From IMG/VR virus record IMGVR_UViG_3300037462_000269, positions 1 through 40,536 of that record: DNA of 40,536 nucleotides, one strand, 5' to 3'. Numbering within the stretch: the first letter of the stretch is position 1; each line of letters opens with the position of its first letter. Positions 25,073 through 35,242 of this stretch are shown piece by piece. Position numbers and translations under genes: made by a program. Origin of the DNA: a virus. Lineage: Duplodnaviria > Caudoviricetes. The notes beneath the pieces are model-generated. The model was not told the DNA's origin. It searched no databases and saw nothing but the letters and a program-made list of their open reading frames with translations.

Positions 25073-25100
25073 TTATACGCGCCCGCCAGAGTAGGGTTAC
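25073..25100 (-). promoter_or_regulatory. ECF-like phage promoter motif GTAACC-N15-CGTATAA
   Basis: Intergenic; heads the accessory cassette. Confidence 0.7.
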
Positions 25101-25141
25101 GAAAATCCGAAAGTATTTTACAAATACGTATTTATACGCAC

Positions 25142-25173
25142 AAAAAGGCCCCTGCGAACGAATCCGCAGAGGC
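25142..25173 (-). terminator. Terminator ending the tail operon
   Basis: GCCTCTGCG/CGCAGGGGC stem followed by CTTTTT. Confidence 0.7.
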
Positions 25174-25194
25174 TCACAAATGACAAAACACAAG

Positions 25195-26148
25195 TTATGT
25201 GATACAGCCTGCCGAGTCGATGCACGGCAGTTCGGTTATATCGAATCTGGACACAAATCTACGGCCTCGCTCCAAATTTCGGACGAAATCGCCAGAGAAT
25301 TGGCCGTAAACCGTTACCCCCGCATCATCTACGATGGTTACGAAGTTCTGGCGCAGCACCGTCAATAGCGCGTCCGCCTGCGCGGGGGACAGCAAGCCGC
25401 CGATTACGGTGTGCCTACGTGTGGTGGTGGTTTGCGTAGGGTAGCCAGTATTAGCAAGCAACTGGCGCGACACTGAGGCCCCTTGCCACGTTACGTCACC
25501 ATAGAGGCGCATAGAGGGCACGTACCGAAAGTAAGTACCAAGTATCGCCAGTGTGCCATTTGCCACCGCGTCTGCTGCGGCAAACTCTGTGGCGGCGAAC
25601 ACGCCGCCGCACTTTGTAGACGCACTGCCGTCGGTGTCCGCCGTCACTGTGATGGTTGGCTCACACTTCACCCTGCAATACGTTTCCGTGTACTCCACGC
25701 GTTCGGTAAGCCCTTGGTTTAGAACCACCTTTAGGGCAAACGAACGCGGGAAATTGGTGGTATCTACGGCGATTTGCTGAAAGCGCGTGCCGTCCGAACG
25801 CCAGCCCACAAAGCCGGATAGCTCAGGTTCGTAGAGGGGTGTTTCGGTGTTAGTGTCCATATCCACCACGAACACGGCCACGAGCCAGTCGGTGGTTAGC
25901 GCCGTCAGCTTAATGCCATACAGAGGCGAATCTGGCCAATTGTTCAGCCTGTCGGGTAGTTGCCACTGAAAGCCCAACACGTCCCCGTTTTTGTACGGGA
26001 GCGGCAGGCACGGTTCGGGGCATTCGGCGTACAGGGGGCGCACAGACCCGCAGGGCACGCGCACGGGCAACGGCCAGCACCCGCCGTATGTGAACGTATT
26101 TGCGGGCGATGCAGCCGCCTCAAATGTGTAGATAGCGCAGGTTGCCAT
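25195..26148 (-). CDS. Minor tail / baseplate protein
   Basis: Cys- and beta-rich; last gene of the tail operon. Confidence 0.6.
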   Translation of the reverse strand: MATCAIYTFEAAASPANTFTYGGCWPLPVRVPCGSVRPLYAECPEPCLPLPYKNGDVLGFQWQLPDRLNNWPDSPLYGIKLTALTTDWLVAVFVVDMDTNTETPLYEPELSGFVGWRSDGTRFQQIAVDTTNFPRSFALKVVLNQGLTERVEYTETYCRVKCEPTITVTADTDGSASTKCGGVFAATEFAAADAVANGTLAILGTYFRYVPSMRLYGDVTWQGASVSRQLLANTGYPTQTTTTRRHTVIGGLLSPAQADALLTVLRQNFVTIVDDAGVTVYGQFSGDFVRNLERGRRFVSRFDITELPCIDSAGCIT

Positions 26149-26152
26149 ATCG

Positions 26153-28906
26153 TTAGATAGGTTGCCACGCACCGCCACCAGTGGCCGTACGTGCGGGTGA
26201 GTAGTTGGTTAGTGTGCCGGTTATGCCATTAACCGGCTCCGGTGCTGTTGTGCCTGATACCTCACGCAGCGGGTACCACACAACATTAGCCAACCCAAGG
26301 GCCGTAGGATCGCCGCATATGCCGTCGTTGTACAGGTCGAGCGCCTCTGCGGCTGACACGGCTTGCCCAAAGATAGCCACGTTAGCCAAGCGGCCGTTAA
26401 AGTAATCCTCAGTGTTGATTGGCGTGTCAATACCAAGCCCAAGGGGTGGCAGTATTTCGGCAGGGTCAAAGCTGGTAACTACGCCGGACGTCTGGGGAAA
26501 TCCGGGCTCTGGGGCTTGGGCAGCGCCGTTAATGTACACCGTCCAGGTTGAGGCGTCAACGCCTGCAAAATCAACCACGACGTGGTTCCAGCCCGGCACG
26601 ATACCGCCTACAAACGTTCCAGTCGTGCCCCCTAATGGAATGTTGCTCAAAAAAACCTGCAACTTATCACCTACCGGCCCAAGCACCCACCCGGTTTCGT
26701 CAGTCCCCCCTTGTGGGCGTCTGCTAACCGCAGCGCCGCCGTCAAATGGGCCAGCGTCCGTGTATATCCAAGCCGATACGGCAAACGGGCCGGTGCCAAA
26801 GCTAAGCAACGCGGTTGGGGTGGTTATTACGTGTTCGGCTGGGTCGCCGTCGGGCCCTCCTAAGAAGTCCAAGCCGTAGCAGAAAGGCTCAGGCGAATAG
26901 CCCACGATGCACAGTTTTTGCGGCGTGTTGAGGGGCAGTAGCGACGTCACGATTTTGCCGCAAATATCACCGTCCGCATCCGTGACCTCAGGCCAATCTA
27001 CCAACTTCGGGGTGGTAAGCATAGGCAAGTCTGTTGCAGGCTCACTGCTGTAGAAATGCGCTTGCCCTGCGGCCCCACTCTGCGGGCCTATGATAAGGTT
27101 GTAGGGCCTATCTGGGCCTACGTCGCTTAGGAAACAAGCGTCCAAAGGCGGATCGGATTCGCATACAACCAGCGCATCCAAGCCCGTCAGCGGGTCTGTA
27201 AGCACCAAGTCAATCACTATATCATCGTTTTTGACTGTGATGCTTTGCTCTACGATTACCTTTTCGTCAAATGGGGGCGTGTCGGTCGATTGTAGCGCAA
27301 CCAACGTCCACGTCAGCTTAACCACCTTGCCACGGAGGTCTAAATTGCCAGTGGCAGGCAACACTTGCAGGCCAGTTGTTAGGTTGATAGTGCCAAGGCA
27401 CCGAACGGGCGCGTCGCTCAAGTAGATGGTGCAAGCCACGGCCACCAAGTCCGCCGTGCTGGCAACTTGGATAGCGCCTCCAGTGGGCCACGTGCCTCCC
27501 GTGCGGGCAATCTCAGCCGTATATATCGTGTGCCGGAACGTATCGCCACCTACCGTTTCGTCATAGTAGGCCACCAGCGCAACGGCTTGCACGGCGTTGC
27601 CGAACGGGATTGTACGCAAGCTATTGTACGTGGACGGCGTGGCCCCCGTCAGGGTCACGGTGCTACGGATAAACTGGCGGGCTGCGGCTATGATGTTAGA
27701 CCCATAGCCTGCGAACCGCGTCGCAAGGCCACTGCTTAGTAGTTCTGGGGATGCCAACAAAGGGCAGGCAACTGCCAGCGTTGGCGGATAGTAGAACGCA
27801 TACCAATTGGACGTAGAAGCAGCATCTTGCACCAGAACAAACGGCATATACGTGCCGCCGATGCGTAGCATGGTGCCGTCAATCTCGAATCTTACGCGCC
27901 GTGTGGTGCCGCTTACGGTGGTAGGTGCTGCCATACCGTTTGACGTGGCGAAACTGCCCGCGTCTATTTCGTACTGCACAGGTAATGGGGCAACGGGGCC
28001 TCCAGTTGGGCGGTACATCATCATCAAAAACTGCCCCGCCGCGTAAAACTGGCTGTTATCCTCAGCATCCGTGCGCAGGATGCCTGCGTAGTAAGCTGTG
28101 GGCAGAACCGCCGCGTCTATGTCAAACTCGATCACCGTTGTGGCTTGCGTGTTGAGCACCTCTACCGTGCCGTCGGGGTTGGTAAGGCGTTGATCCACCA
28201 ACGTGATGGAGTCAGGGAGTAAGGCTGTTGGCGTTGCCCCATTGTACCACCGGGCCGCAGCAGAACTGTAAACCGTCAACTCCGCGCAATGCGTAGCATC
28301 CGCGGGCAGCGTTTCAAAGACCGCCAACTGAATAGCATAGCGCCTACCTGCCGCGTTGAATTGGCTTTGGCCTGCAAAATTGAAGTCAGTGCTCGAAGCC
28401 AACGAAGGCCGAATGAGCTTCTTGGCGTTTGGCTGGTTTTCGGTGAATTGGTTGGGGTCAATGTCCCGTTGGTTGAGCCAGTAAACCGTAATCTCAAAGT
28501 ACACCGGGCCAGCGCCAGCATCGAAGAACTGGATTGTTGCCATTGCCTGACGTACCTGTTCCTCAACCGTAGGGTTTGTGCTGTATCCCCAAGCCATTTG
28601 ATAGACTGCGCCCGTGAATGCAGTTGCCCCCACAGACTCTGTGCCCAAAATCGTGTACTGCCAAGCGGGTTGGCGAACTGCCCCGAACACGGGGCCGGAC
28701 CCATTGTTGCCAGTCGTTAGGCGGAACTGCGGCATCGGCACGCCCCCCACACACTGGCCAAACGACACGAACACCAAAGCGCCAGTCAGCGCCCCAATAT
28801 TGGCTTTGTTGGTTTCAAAACGGGCACGGAATAACTGCGGGTAGCCTACGCACGCAGTGGCGCTTGGGGCAGTAAAGACGCTGCCAGACGGTAATGTGAG
28901 AGCCAT
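26153..28906 (-). CDS. Large tail protein with a C-terminal LamG/concanavalin-A-like lectin domain
   Basis: FAVSAWI, GWNHVVV, VYING and FNGRLANVAIF...S...LY motifs. Confidence 0.72.
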   Translation of the reverse strand: MALTLPSGSVFTAPSATACVGYPQLFRARFETNKANIGALTGALVFVSFGQCVGGVPMPQFRLTTGNNGSGPVFGAVRQPAWQYTILGTESVGATAFTGAVYQMAWGYSTNPTVEEQVRQAMATIQFFDAGAGPVYFEITVYWLNQRDIDPNQFTENQPNAKKLIRPSLASSTDFNFAGQSQFNAAGRRYAIQLAVFETLPADATHCAELTVYSSAAARWYNGATPTALLPDSITLVDQRLTNPDGTVEVLNTQATTVIEFDIDAAVLPTAYYAGILRTDAEDNSQFYAAGQFLMMMYRPTGGPVAPLPVQYEIDAGSFATSNGMAAPTTVSGTTRRVRFEIDGTMLRIGGTYMPFVLVQDAASTSNWYAFYYPPTLAVACPLLASPELLSSGLATRFAGYGSNIIAAARQFIRSTVTLTGATPSTYNSLRTIPFGNAVQAVALVAYYDETVGGDTFRHTIYTAEIARTGGTWPTGGAIQVASTADLVAVACTIYLSDAPVRCLGTINLTTGLQVLPATGNLDLRGKVVKLTWTLVALQSTDTPPFDEKVIVEQSITVKNDDIVIDLVLTDPLTGLDALVVCESDPPLDACFLSDVGPDRPYNLIIGPQSGAAGQAHFYSSEPATDLPMLTTPKLVDWPEVTDADGDICGKIVTSLLPLNTPQKLCIVGYSPEPFCYGLDFLGGPDGDPAEHVITTPTALLSFGTGPFAVSAWIYTDAGPFDGGAAVSRRPQGGTDETGWVLGPVGDKLQVFLSNIPLGGTTGTFVGGIVPGWNHVVVDFAGVDASTWTVYINGAAQAPEPGFPQTSGVVTSFDPAEILPPLGLGIDTPINTEDYFNGRLANVAIFGQAVSAAEALDLYNDGICGDPTALGLANVVWYPLREVSGTTAPEPVNGITGTLTNYSPARTATGGGAWQPI

Positions 28907-28907
28907 T

Positions 28908-30656
28908 TTAGAACTTGGCGTTAATCGTTATATCTTGAGCGTCAATAACATAGTCTGTTATTACGGCGGTGTCCCCATCGTAATCTATCAAACCACCCCC
29001 AACGCTTATGTTGTCGAGTGCTTCACAACTGGCGGCCAGTGTGACGCGGATAGTTTGCCCGGCCTTTGCACCATAGCGACGCTGTGCAAGGTACTTAAAG
29101 CCGCTCAATTCCCAGAGGCTGTTAGGCTCGCCGGGCCGGAATTTGAACGTGTTGTTGTACTGCCATACGCCACCTCCAACGTCAACCCGCTCCACTTGTG
29201 CCTCAATCAAGTCGGCACCATCCCACATGAGTACTTTGGGCAATGACGCCTTTCCCATCGACAACTTGAGCCAGTGCCGTGCGTTGCCTATTGTGTTGGC
29301 CACAAATGGGATATTGGCAAATGGGGCCAACTCGTCGGCCCCGAACTCATCGTTGTTGAACCGCGCACGGCCAACGGGCAACGTGATATCCAACGGCCCT
29401 TGACGTCCCGGCGGTGGCGGGGTGTTATAGTCTACGATAGCATCATAATAGGCGGGCGCAGGGGCTATGTAATTCCCAGCGGCCTCGTCGCCGGGCACAT
29501 CCTGCCCATCGTCGCTGAACTTTAGGCGGGCGTATGCGGGCGATTTTTGGCCCGTAAGGTCGTAACAGACGCGCTTAACCTGAATGTCTGGCCACGTGCG
29601 CAGGTCAAACACCGTTGGCGTGGTAGGCACAACGGTTTCGATGCGTATCGTAGAGCCCTCGATCCACCAGCGCAAGCCCAAAGCTCGACACAGCAAGTCC
29701 AACCATTCGTAGCAGCTTTCGTTGGGCGCGTTCTTCTGCCAGTACGTTTCGCCCACCTCATATATCACACTGCCGTCAGGGTTTTGGTAGGTGCGCGTTC
29801 CGCCGTCAATGGGGGCGCACCACCACATAGCGTTTCTGAAAGGGGCAATGTCGTTGCCTGCCGGGTCAAGCAGAAAGAACATGGTGCTTTCCCAGCGCAA
29901 GCCCGTCAGGGTTGTGATTTGGTTGAGGTAGGACGTGACGAATGGCGTTGGGTGCCCGTTGCCGCATCCGGTGGCCAGTTGCTCAAGCGTGTCGATAAAG
30001 CCAAGGTAGGATTGTATCAGTTGTGTCGGCGCTCCAAACGTAGGGGTGCCGGGCACGATGGAGGCTAGTATGCTCACGATGGTCACAAAAGGCACCATGA
30101 AGCCAAACAAGGTGTTCAGGCCGAAGGCTACGATAATCATTATCGCGGCCAGCGCCTTGGGCCGTAGGGCGTTGCAGTGCCTTACAAAGGGGTGCGCAGT
30201 GTCGGTGTAGAAGTTTGGGCGCGGATTGGCCATATCGTACCCTTTTATGACCTTGTTTTTGAGCAGCGTTATGGCCGCCGCTTCTGGGCTTGCGTCCGCC
30301 ACCGCAACAGTGATCCCGCAATCCTCGCCCTTGGCACAGTACCCAAGGCCGTCACGGCGTATTTCGCCCACGAACACCACCTTGTTGCAACACGTCGAAA
30401 AGAACTCGACTGCAATGGCATTGTTCTGGCCGTCCGCACCAAATAGGCGCTCGCGGACGTATTCCGCCGCGCTGCCATATAGCGTCAGTGAGCCGGAAAA
30501 CGTGCGGGCGGGGCCGCTTACAGACGCAGCGCCGCCGAATTGATCCCCCTGAATGTCAGAAGCACGGCGGCTTACGGTTATGCTACCGTCCCAGCCCTCA
30601 ATTTCGTTGGGGGCCACGGGGTTGCCGTCAAGCGATACGATGATACGTTGGTTCAT
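28908..30656 (-). CDS. Minor tail / hub protein
   Basis: Immediately after the tape measure gene; internal hydrophobic hairpin. Confidence 0.6.
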   Translation of the reverse strand: MNQRIIVSLDGNPVAPNEIEGWDGSITVSRRASDIQGDQFGGAASVSGPARTFSGSLTLYGSAAEYVRERLFGADGQNNAIAVEFFSTCCNKVVFVGEIRRDGLGYCAKGEDCGITVAVADASPEAAAITLLKNKVIKGYDMANPRPNFYTDTAHPFVRHCNALRPKALAAIMIIVAFGLNTLFGFMVPFVTIVSILASIVPGTPTFGAPTQLIQSYLGFIDTLEQLATGCGNGHPTPFVTSYLNQITTLTGLRWESTMFFLLDPAGNDIAPFRNAMWWCAPIDGGTRTYQNPDGSVIYEVGETYWQKNAPNESCYEWLDLLCRALGLRWWIEGSTIRIETVVPTTPTVFDLRTWPDIQVKRVCYDLTGQKSPAYARLKFSDDGQDVPGDEAAGNYIAPAPAYYDAIVDYNTPPPPGRQGPLDITLPVGRARFNNDEFGADELAPFANIPFVANTIGNARHWLKLSMGKASLPKVLMWDGADLIEAQVERVDVGGGVWQYNNTFKFRPGEPNSLWELSGFKYLAQRRYGAKAGQTIRVTLAASCEALDNISVGGGLIDYDGDTAVITDYVIDAQDITINAKF

Positions 30657-33600
30657 TGCGCGTAGCGTTGGATTTTGGCTTGGTTGGCGTTGTATCGGTT
30701 GGCAATCGTAGCCACGCCGCGCTCGTTAATCACAACTTCGGTAGCAGGAAGCCGGGAGACGGCGTACGTCAGGTCTTGCACCGCCTGTTTTAGGCTCTCC
30801 ATGTCGGCTTGCATCGTGGTAACCACCGGATTACGTGCTATGGCAATAACGTCAGGGGCAAGTGTCCCGTACTTGTTTAACTCGTGGAACCGCTTGTGAC
30901 CAAGTTTTGCCATTGCGGCACGGCGCAGGATACCCTCACCGCCTTCGGCTTCGATAAGGTGGCCCCCTTGGCTATGTCGCTTGCCAGTCAGGATACCACC
31001 CCCGTAAACGTTGCTCACAAGGCCGTTCTGCCCCACAATCCCACCTGATTCGGCGGCAGGCAAGGCGCTTTGGGCTTGTGCCCGCGCGGCGGCTATGCCA
31101 GCCGCAAGGGCAACCAAGGTGGCGGCAATCGTGAATGGGGCGGCAACCCCGCCCTCGGCCGCCGCTTTGGCTATCGCAAGCGTGCTGTTAATGACCAACT
31201 GGGCAATGGCAAGGTTCCGTTGCTCTTCGACAAACGCCCGTTGCTGTTTTAGCAGGGCCTGCAACCGGGCCTCCTCAGCCGCCACCTGCTCGGCACTGGC
31301 TTGGCTGTTAACGCCAGTCAGGGCCGCCAGTTTGTCCTTTTGTATTTGCACCTCACGGTCTGCGGCGGCTTTCTGGGCGTCGTTCAGGGCATTCAAGAAG
31401 CTAAACACCTCACTAACCAACCCCCGAACGCCGTCCGAATACTTTAGGATTATCTCCTTAACCCCGTTGCCCGTTTGGTTGGCCAGCGCGACAATCTCCA
31501 TCATCTTGGCCTCCACCTCGGCCAGCGGCAGGGTGTTGCCGTCCGATACAGCAGCAACCAACTCTGCCAGCATCCCCTGCACCTTCTTGCCTACGTTCGG
31601 CGCGGTATCCAAGATCACTTGCTCAAAGTCCCGCACCAGCACCTCCAAATCCTGACGCCCGGCCTTTTTGAGGGCGGCCAGCAATGGGGTGCCGACGGCT
31701 TCGGGCAACGCAATTAGCTTGGCTTTAAGCTCGTCGGAGCCCTTTTTGATCTCGTCAAACGCGGCCAACAGCTTGGCAGTCTCACGCTCAACCGGATCGG
31801 CAATGCTGTTGAGCTTTGCGTCCGCCAACGCCTTATCTGAGCGCTCCTTAAACTTTTCCACCTCCTGCGTAAGTTCGTTGAGCGCCTTTTTTTGCGCCTC
31901 AATCGCCCCTACACCAGCTTCGGCAACCGCCTTACTAATCATTGATACCGACTTAAGCGCCACAGCAAGTTCGTCAGCCTTGGCTACCAAGGTTTCGAGC
32001 ACGCCAAATAGGCTGCCAGCATCGGCAATTGGGCCTGTTTTGAGGCCCTCCACAAGGTTGTCAAAGGCGGAAATGAGGGCTGGGCTGGCCGTGCCAATAG
32101 CCTTAACCACGTTGTTTTTCGTGTCAAGCACAAGCGCCGTCAGAAAATCCCGCAGGCCACCCTCAAGTTCGTTCGTTAGCGCTGGGTCTGCCCCCAAGGC
32201 CAACGCCTCGGCCAGCCGCTTGCGCAAGGCGTCAAACTCTGTGACAGCGGCCTTAATGGTGAGCACCGCGCCCTGCAAGTCCCGCGTTAGCGGGGCGGTT
32301 ATGCTATCAACACCAGCCCCCTCAAATGCCTTGCGGCCCGATTCGGCAAACTTGCGTATGTCGCTTGCAAGGTCGTCCAAGGCTTTTTTGATCTTATCCG
32401 CGTCCTTAACAACAGCAGACACGCCGGGCCCAAGGCCACCCCCAAGCGCCGCCCCAAAGTCGCTTAGCGTTGTGTCGGGCTTCAGGTCTTTTATGGTGGT
32501 TAGCAGGACGTCCAACTCACGGGTGTATTCGTTAACCAAGTCTCGTGCGCTGCCTATGCCAGTGTTGTACTCTACCAAGCTGGTCAACGCACCGCCAGTG
32601 GCTGCATCCAACTTGGCAAAAGTTTCTGGCGCAACCCCGATAGCCGCAAAGCCAATCGCAATGGACTTGCCAGCAAGGTCTACCTTTTTGGAATAGTCTA
32701 ACAGGGCCTCAGACCGCTTTTTGGTGATTTCAACAGCCAGTTCCTCAAATGCCCGTAGCTTGATCTCTTGCTCAATCCCGGCCAGCACCTTGGCACGGGC
32801 CTCACTGATTTGGCCCAAGCGCAAAGCCTCGATTTCCTGCTGACTTAGGTACTTGCCATATTGCTCCACCACGGCCTCAATAGACTGCTGTTGCAACTTG
32901 CGGTTGGCCACATCTATGGCAAGCAAGCCTGCACCCTGAGCCGCAAGCTCGTTATTGCGCACCTGCTGCGCCCGGTTTTGGGCCAGCGCCTCAGTGCTAC
33001 CATTAACCGCGTCGGTGTACTGTTGCAAGGTGTCAAACGCCTCTTCTGCGGCAACTTGTGCCATTGCCACCTCGTCGGACACATTACTAAGCTCGCGGTC
33101 AAACTCTGATGCGGCCCGGCTACTGGCGGTGAGGCCGTCCTTAAGCAACTCGTAAGCGGCGTATGCGGCCCCAAGTGCCACGACAATAGCCCCCAGCGGG
33201 TTTGCCTTTAGGGCTGCCCACAATCCGCGCACCGTGACGGTTGCCCGCTCCTTAGCCACCGTGTTAACGTTGGTGGCCACCGTATCGGCGGCGGTTGCTG
33301 CTGCGGCTTGGCCGGACGCGGCGGCACTGTATCGTACGGCGGCTGTCCAAAGGGTTGTGAGGCCCGTCGCCTTGGCAATGCTGGTGCCGAGAGCGCCGAA
33401 AGAGGCAATGATGCTGTTTAGCTTGAGGCCCGTGTAGGCCAGCGCTAAGCCTTTGACTACGCCGGTGTTGTTGGCCAGCCACTTTGACGCGGACACAACG
33501 ATTGTAATCAGCTTGCCCAAGCCTTGCACCGCACCTGACAGTGCGCCACGGAACGTTTTGCCGATTTCTACCGCGCCGGAAGTGAACTGATCCCCCAAGT

Positions 33601-34444
33601 TGGAGAGTTCGCCGCCCAAAGTTTTGCTAATCTTGGCCGTCGTGCCCGACACGCCGGGCAGTTTTCCAAGGCTGAACAGGTAATCACTGATAGCCGCGTC
33701 TGACTTGGCAACCGTGGTAGTTACGCCCTTGAACGTCAGGCTTACCTTATCGTTTTCCGACTTGGCTTTGATGCCAAACTCCTTGAGCCGTTCAAACTCT
33801 CCGCTACGTGCGTCCAGTATAGCCTCAGTGAGCTGATCCAGAGACTTGCCTTGCGCGTTGGCAACGTCTGCAAGGCTGGTGAGCTGCTGAATCGTCGGGT
33901 TAACGCCCTGTCCCAGAAACTTGAGTACCGAACTGGTGGCTTCCTCAAAGCTAAAGTTCGTAGTCTCAGCAAATGCCTTTAGCTCTTCAAACTTGGCCTT
34001 CCCCTCTACCTCACCAAGCGCATTTTGCAGGATAGCCAGTTGCTTTTCGGCCTCAGCCGTGCCCCGAATAATCTCCCCAAAGAACCCCTCTATCTTGGTT
34101 ACAATACCAAGCCCAGCCGCAAAGGACGCCGCCTGCTGAAAAGCGCTGCCCAAGCTCATAAATGAGCTTTTGGCTTGTTCGGCTGACTTATCGGCTTTGT
34201 CGGTGGCGGTTGCCAGCTTGTTAAACGACGTGAGCAGCAGCACGTTTTGGTTAACAAGCTGCTGCTCGATACCCACCAACGTGCGTTGTGACGCGGCAAG
34301 GCCGTCCACGGCGGTATCGTACTTGGCAGTAGCGGCTATCTGCGCCTTGTATTGGCCGTTGAGCGCCGAAAACTCAGCACGGGCCTTGCCAAGGTCTGCA
34401 ATCGCCTCTTTGAGCTTGAAATCTATGTCAAATACTACTGCCAT
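30653..34444 (-). CDS. Tail tape measure protein
   Basis: About 1260 aa, Ala-rich helical; tape_meas-like segment (FAETTNFS, GEFERLKEFGI, LSNLGD). Confidence 0.9.
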   Translation of the reverse strand: MAVVFDIDFKLKEAIADLGKARAEFSALNGQYKAQIAATAKYDTAVDGLAASQRTLVGIEQQLVNQNVLLLTSFNKLATATDKADKSAEQAKSSFMSLGSAFQQAASFAAGLGIVTKIEGFFGEIIRGTAEAEKQLAILQNALGEVEGKAKFEELKAFAETTNFSFEEATSSVLKFLGQGVNPTIQQLTSLADVANAQGKSLDQLTEAILDARSGEFERLKEFGIKAKSENDKVSLTFKGVTTTVAKSDAAISDYLFSLGKLPGVSGTTAKISKTLGGELSNLGDQFTSGAVEIGKTFRGALSGAVQGLGKLITIVVSASKWLANNTGVVKGLALAYTGLKLNSIIASFGALGTSIAKATGLTTLWTAAVRYSAAASGQAAAATAADTVATNVNTVAKERATVTVRGLWAALKANPLGAIVVALGAAYAAYELLKDGLTASSRAASEFDRELSNVSDEVAMAQVAAEEAFDTLQQYTDAVNGSTEALAQNRAQQVRNNELAAQGAGLLAIDVANRKLQQQSIEAVVEQYGKYLSQQEIEALRLGQISEARAKVLAGIEQEIKLRAFEELAVEITKKRSEALLDYSKKVDLAGKSIAIGFAAIGVAPETFAKLDAATGGALTSLVEYNTGIGSARDLVNEYTRELDVLLTTIKDLKPDTTLSDFGAALGGGLGPGVSAVVKDADKIKKALDDLASDIRKFAESGRKAFEGAGVDSITAPLTRDLQGAVLTIKAAVTEFDALRKRLAEALALGADPALTNELEGGLRDFLTALVLDTKNNVVKAIGTASPALISAFDNLVEGLKTGPIADAGSLFGVLETLVAKADELAVALKSVSMISKAVAEAGVGAIEAQKKALNELTQEVEKFKERSDKALADAKLNSIADPVERETAKLLAAFDEIKKGSDELKAKLIALPEAVGTPLLAALKKAGRQDLEVLVRDFEQVILDTAPNVGKKVQGMLAELVAAVSDGNTLPLAEVEAKMMEIVALANQTGNGVKEIILKYSDGVRGLVSEVFSFLNALNDAQKAAADREVQIQKDKLAALTGVNSQASAEQVAAEEARLQALLKQQRAFVEEQRNLAIAQLVINSTLAIAKAAAEGGVAAPFTIAATLVALAAGIAAARAQAQSALPAAESGGIVGQNGLVSNVYGGGILTGKRHSQGGHLIEAEGGEGILRRAAMAKLGHKRFHELNKYGTLAPDVIAIARNPVVTTMQADMESLKQAVQDLTYAVSRLPATEVVINERGVATIANRYNANQAKIQRYAQ

Positions 34445-34448
34445 CGTC

Positions 34449-34766
34449 TTAGTGTTTACTTGCCGCCGCGGCCTCCGCTTGGCGCTGTGCGGCAATTTCG
34501 CGCTGTTTGATGATATAAATGTTCAGGTCGGCGTAATATTCGTCGGTCGTCAGGCTGCGCATAATCGCCATTTCGGCCAAACTGCCATTGCACCTATCCA
34601 TTTCCAAGCGGGACAGCGTGTCTATGAAGATTCGCCTTGCAATCCACGGATGATGCTCTGCATCGTCTCTTGATGCTTCAGTTGGCTCACCAAATACGGC
34701 AGGGTAGTGGTTTCTGACCAATTGGGAAAGCCTTCCGAGCGCTTCCACGCCATTCGCAAAAAAAAA
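34449..34766 (-). CDS. Tail assembly chaperone, T-like downstream frame
   Basis: -1 frame relative to 34622..35230, open from the T9 run and ending just before the tape measure gene. Confidence 0.55.
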   Translation of the reverse strand, partial: FFFANGVEALGRLSQLVRNHYPAVFGEPTEASRDDAEHHPWIARRIFIDTLSRLEMDRCNGSLAEMAIMRSLTTDEYYADLNIYIIKQREIAAQRQAEAAAASKH

Positions 34767-35230
34767 TCGCGGGCTTCGTGGTCGTGCTTCCACACTTCGA
34801 GCTTAGCCAGTCGTGTAGCTGCCATGTTTTCGTAGGTGTCCAACGGCTTTTCATCGTTCCATAAGTACATCATGGCCGCGATTTCGAGTAGCGCAACCGC
34901 AGAAACTTCCGTGTTGAGCTGGTCGATAACCGCATCGATAAGCGTTTTGGCTGTGATATGCTGGCTTACGATGGTGTTCAGGACTTCGGGGCCGCTTTGC
35001 ACGTTGATTTCGAGCGCCCGTGAGGCCTCTTTCAGTTGCTTTAGCGCCGTGGTAGGGCCGAGCCTAGCTTGCCAACCCTCTAAGATGGTTTGCGCGTCGT
35101 GGAAGCGTTGGGCGGGCATAAGCGCCAGCGGCTCGTACGTCCAATACTTGTTGCCCGCTTTGTCGGTGTAGACAATCGGCGTAACGCCTTTCTGGATAGC
35201 CTGCTGGGCTTTGGCTTTCTTCTTAAACAT
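34622..35230 (-). CDS. Tail assembly chaperone, G-like
   Basis: Upstream of the tape measure gene; DFFL encoded on a slippery T run. Confidence 0.6.
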   Translation of the reverse strand: MFKKKAKAQQAIQKGVTPIVYTDKAGNKYWTYEPLALMPAQRFHDAQTILEGWQARLGPTTALKQLKEASRALEINVQSGPEVLNTIVSQHITAKTLIDAVIDQLNTEVSAVALLEIAAMMYLWNDEKPLDTYENMAATRLAKLEVWKHDHEARDFFLRMAWKRSEGFPNWSETTTLPYLVSQLKHQETMQSIIRGLQGESS

Positions 35231-35242
35231 GGGGATTGTCGG

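Noticed and set aside
31668-32696. Long plus-strand ORFs antisense to tape measure (likewise 16875..17762 and 22257..22997)
   Set aside because: Shadow frames of GC-rich, Ala-rich genes; no leaders or motifs
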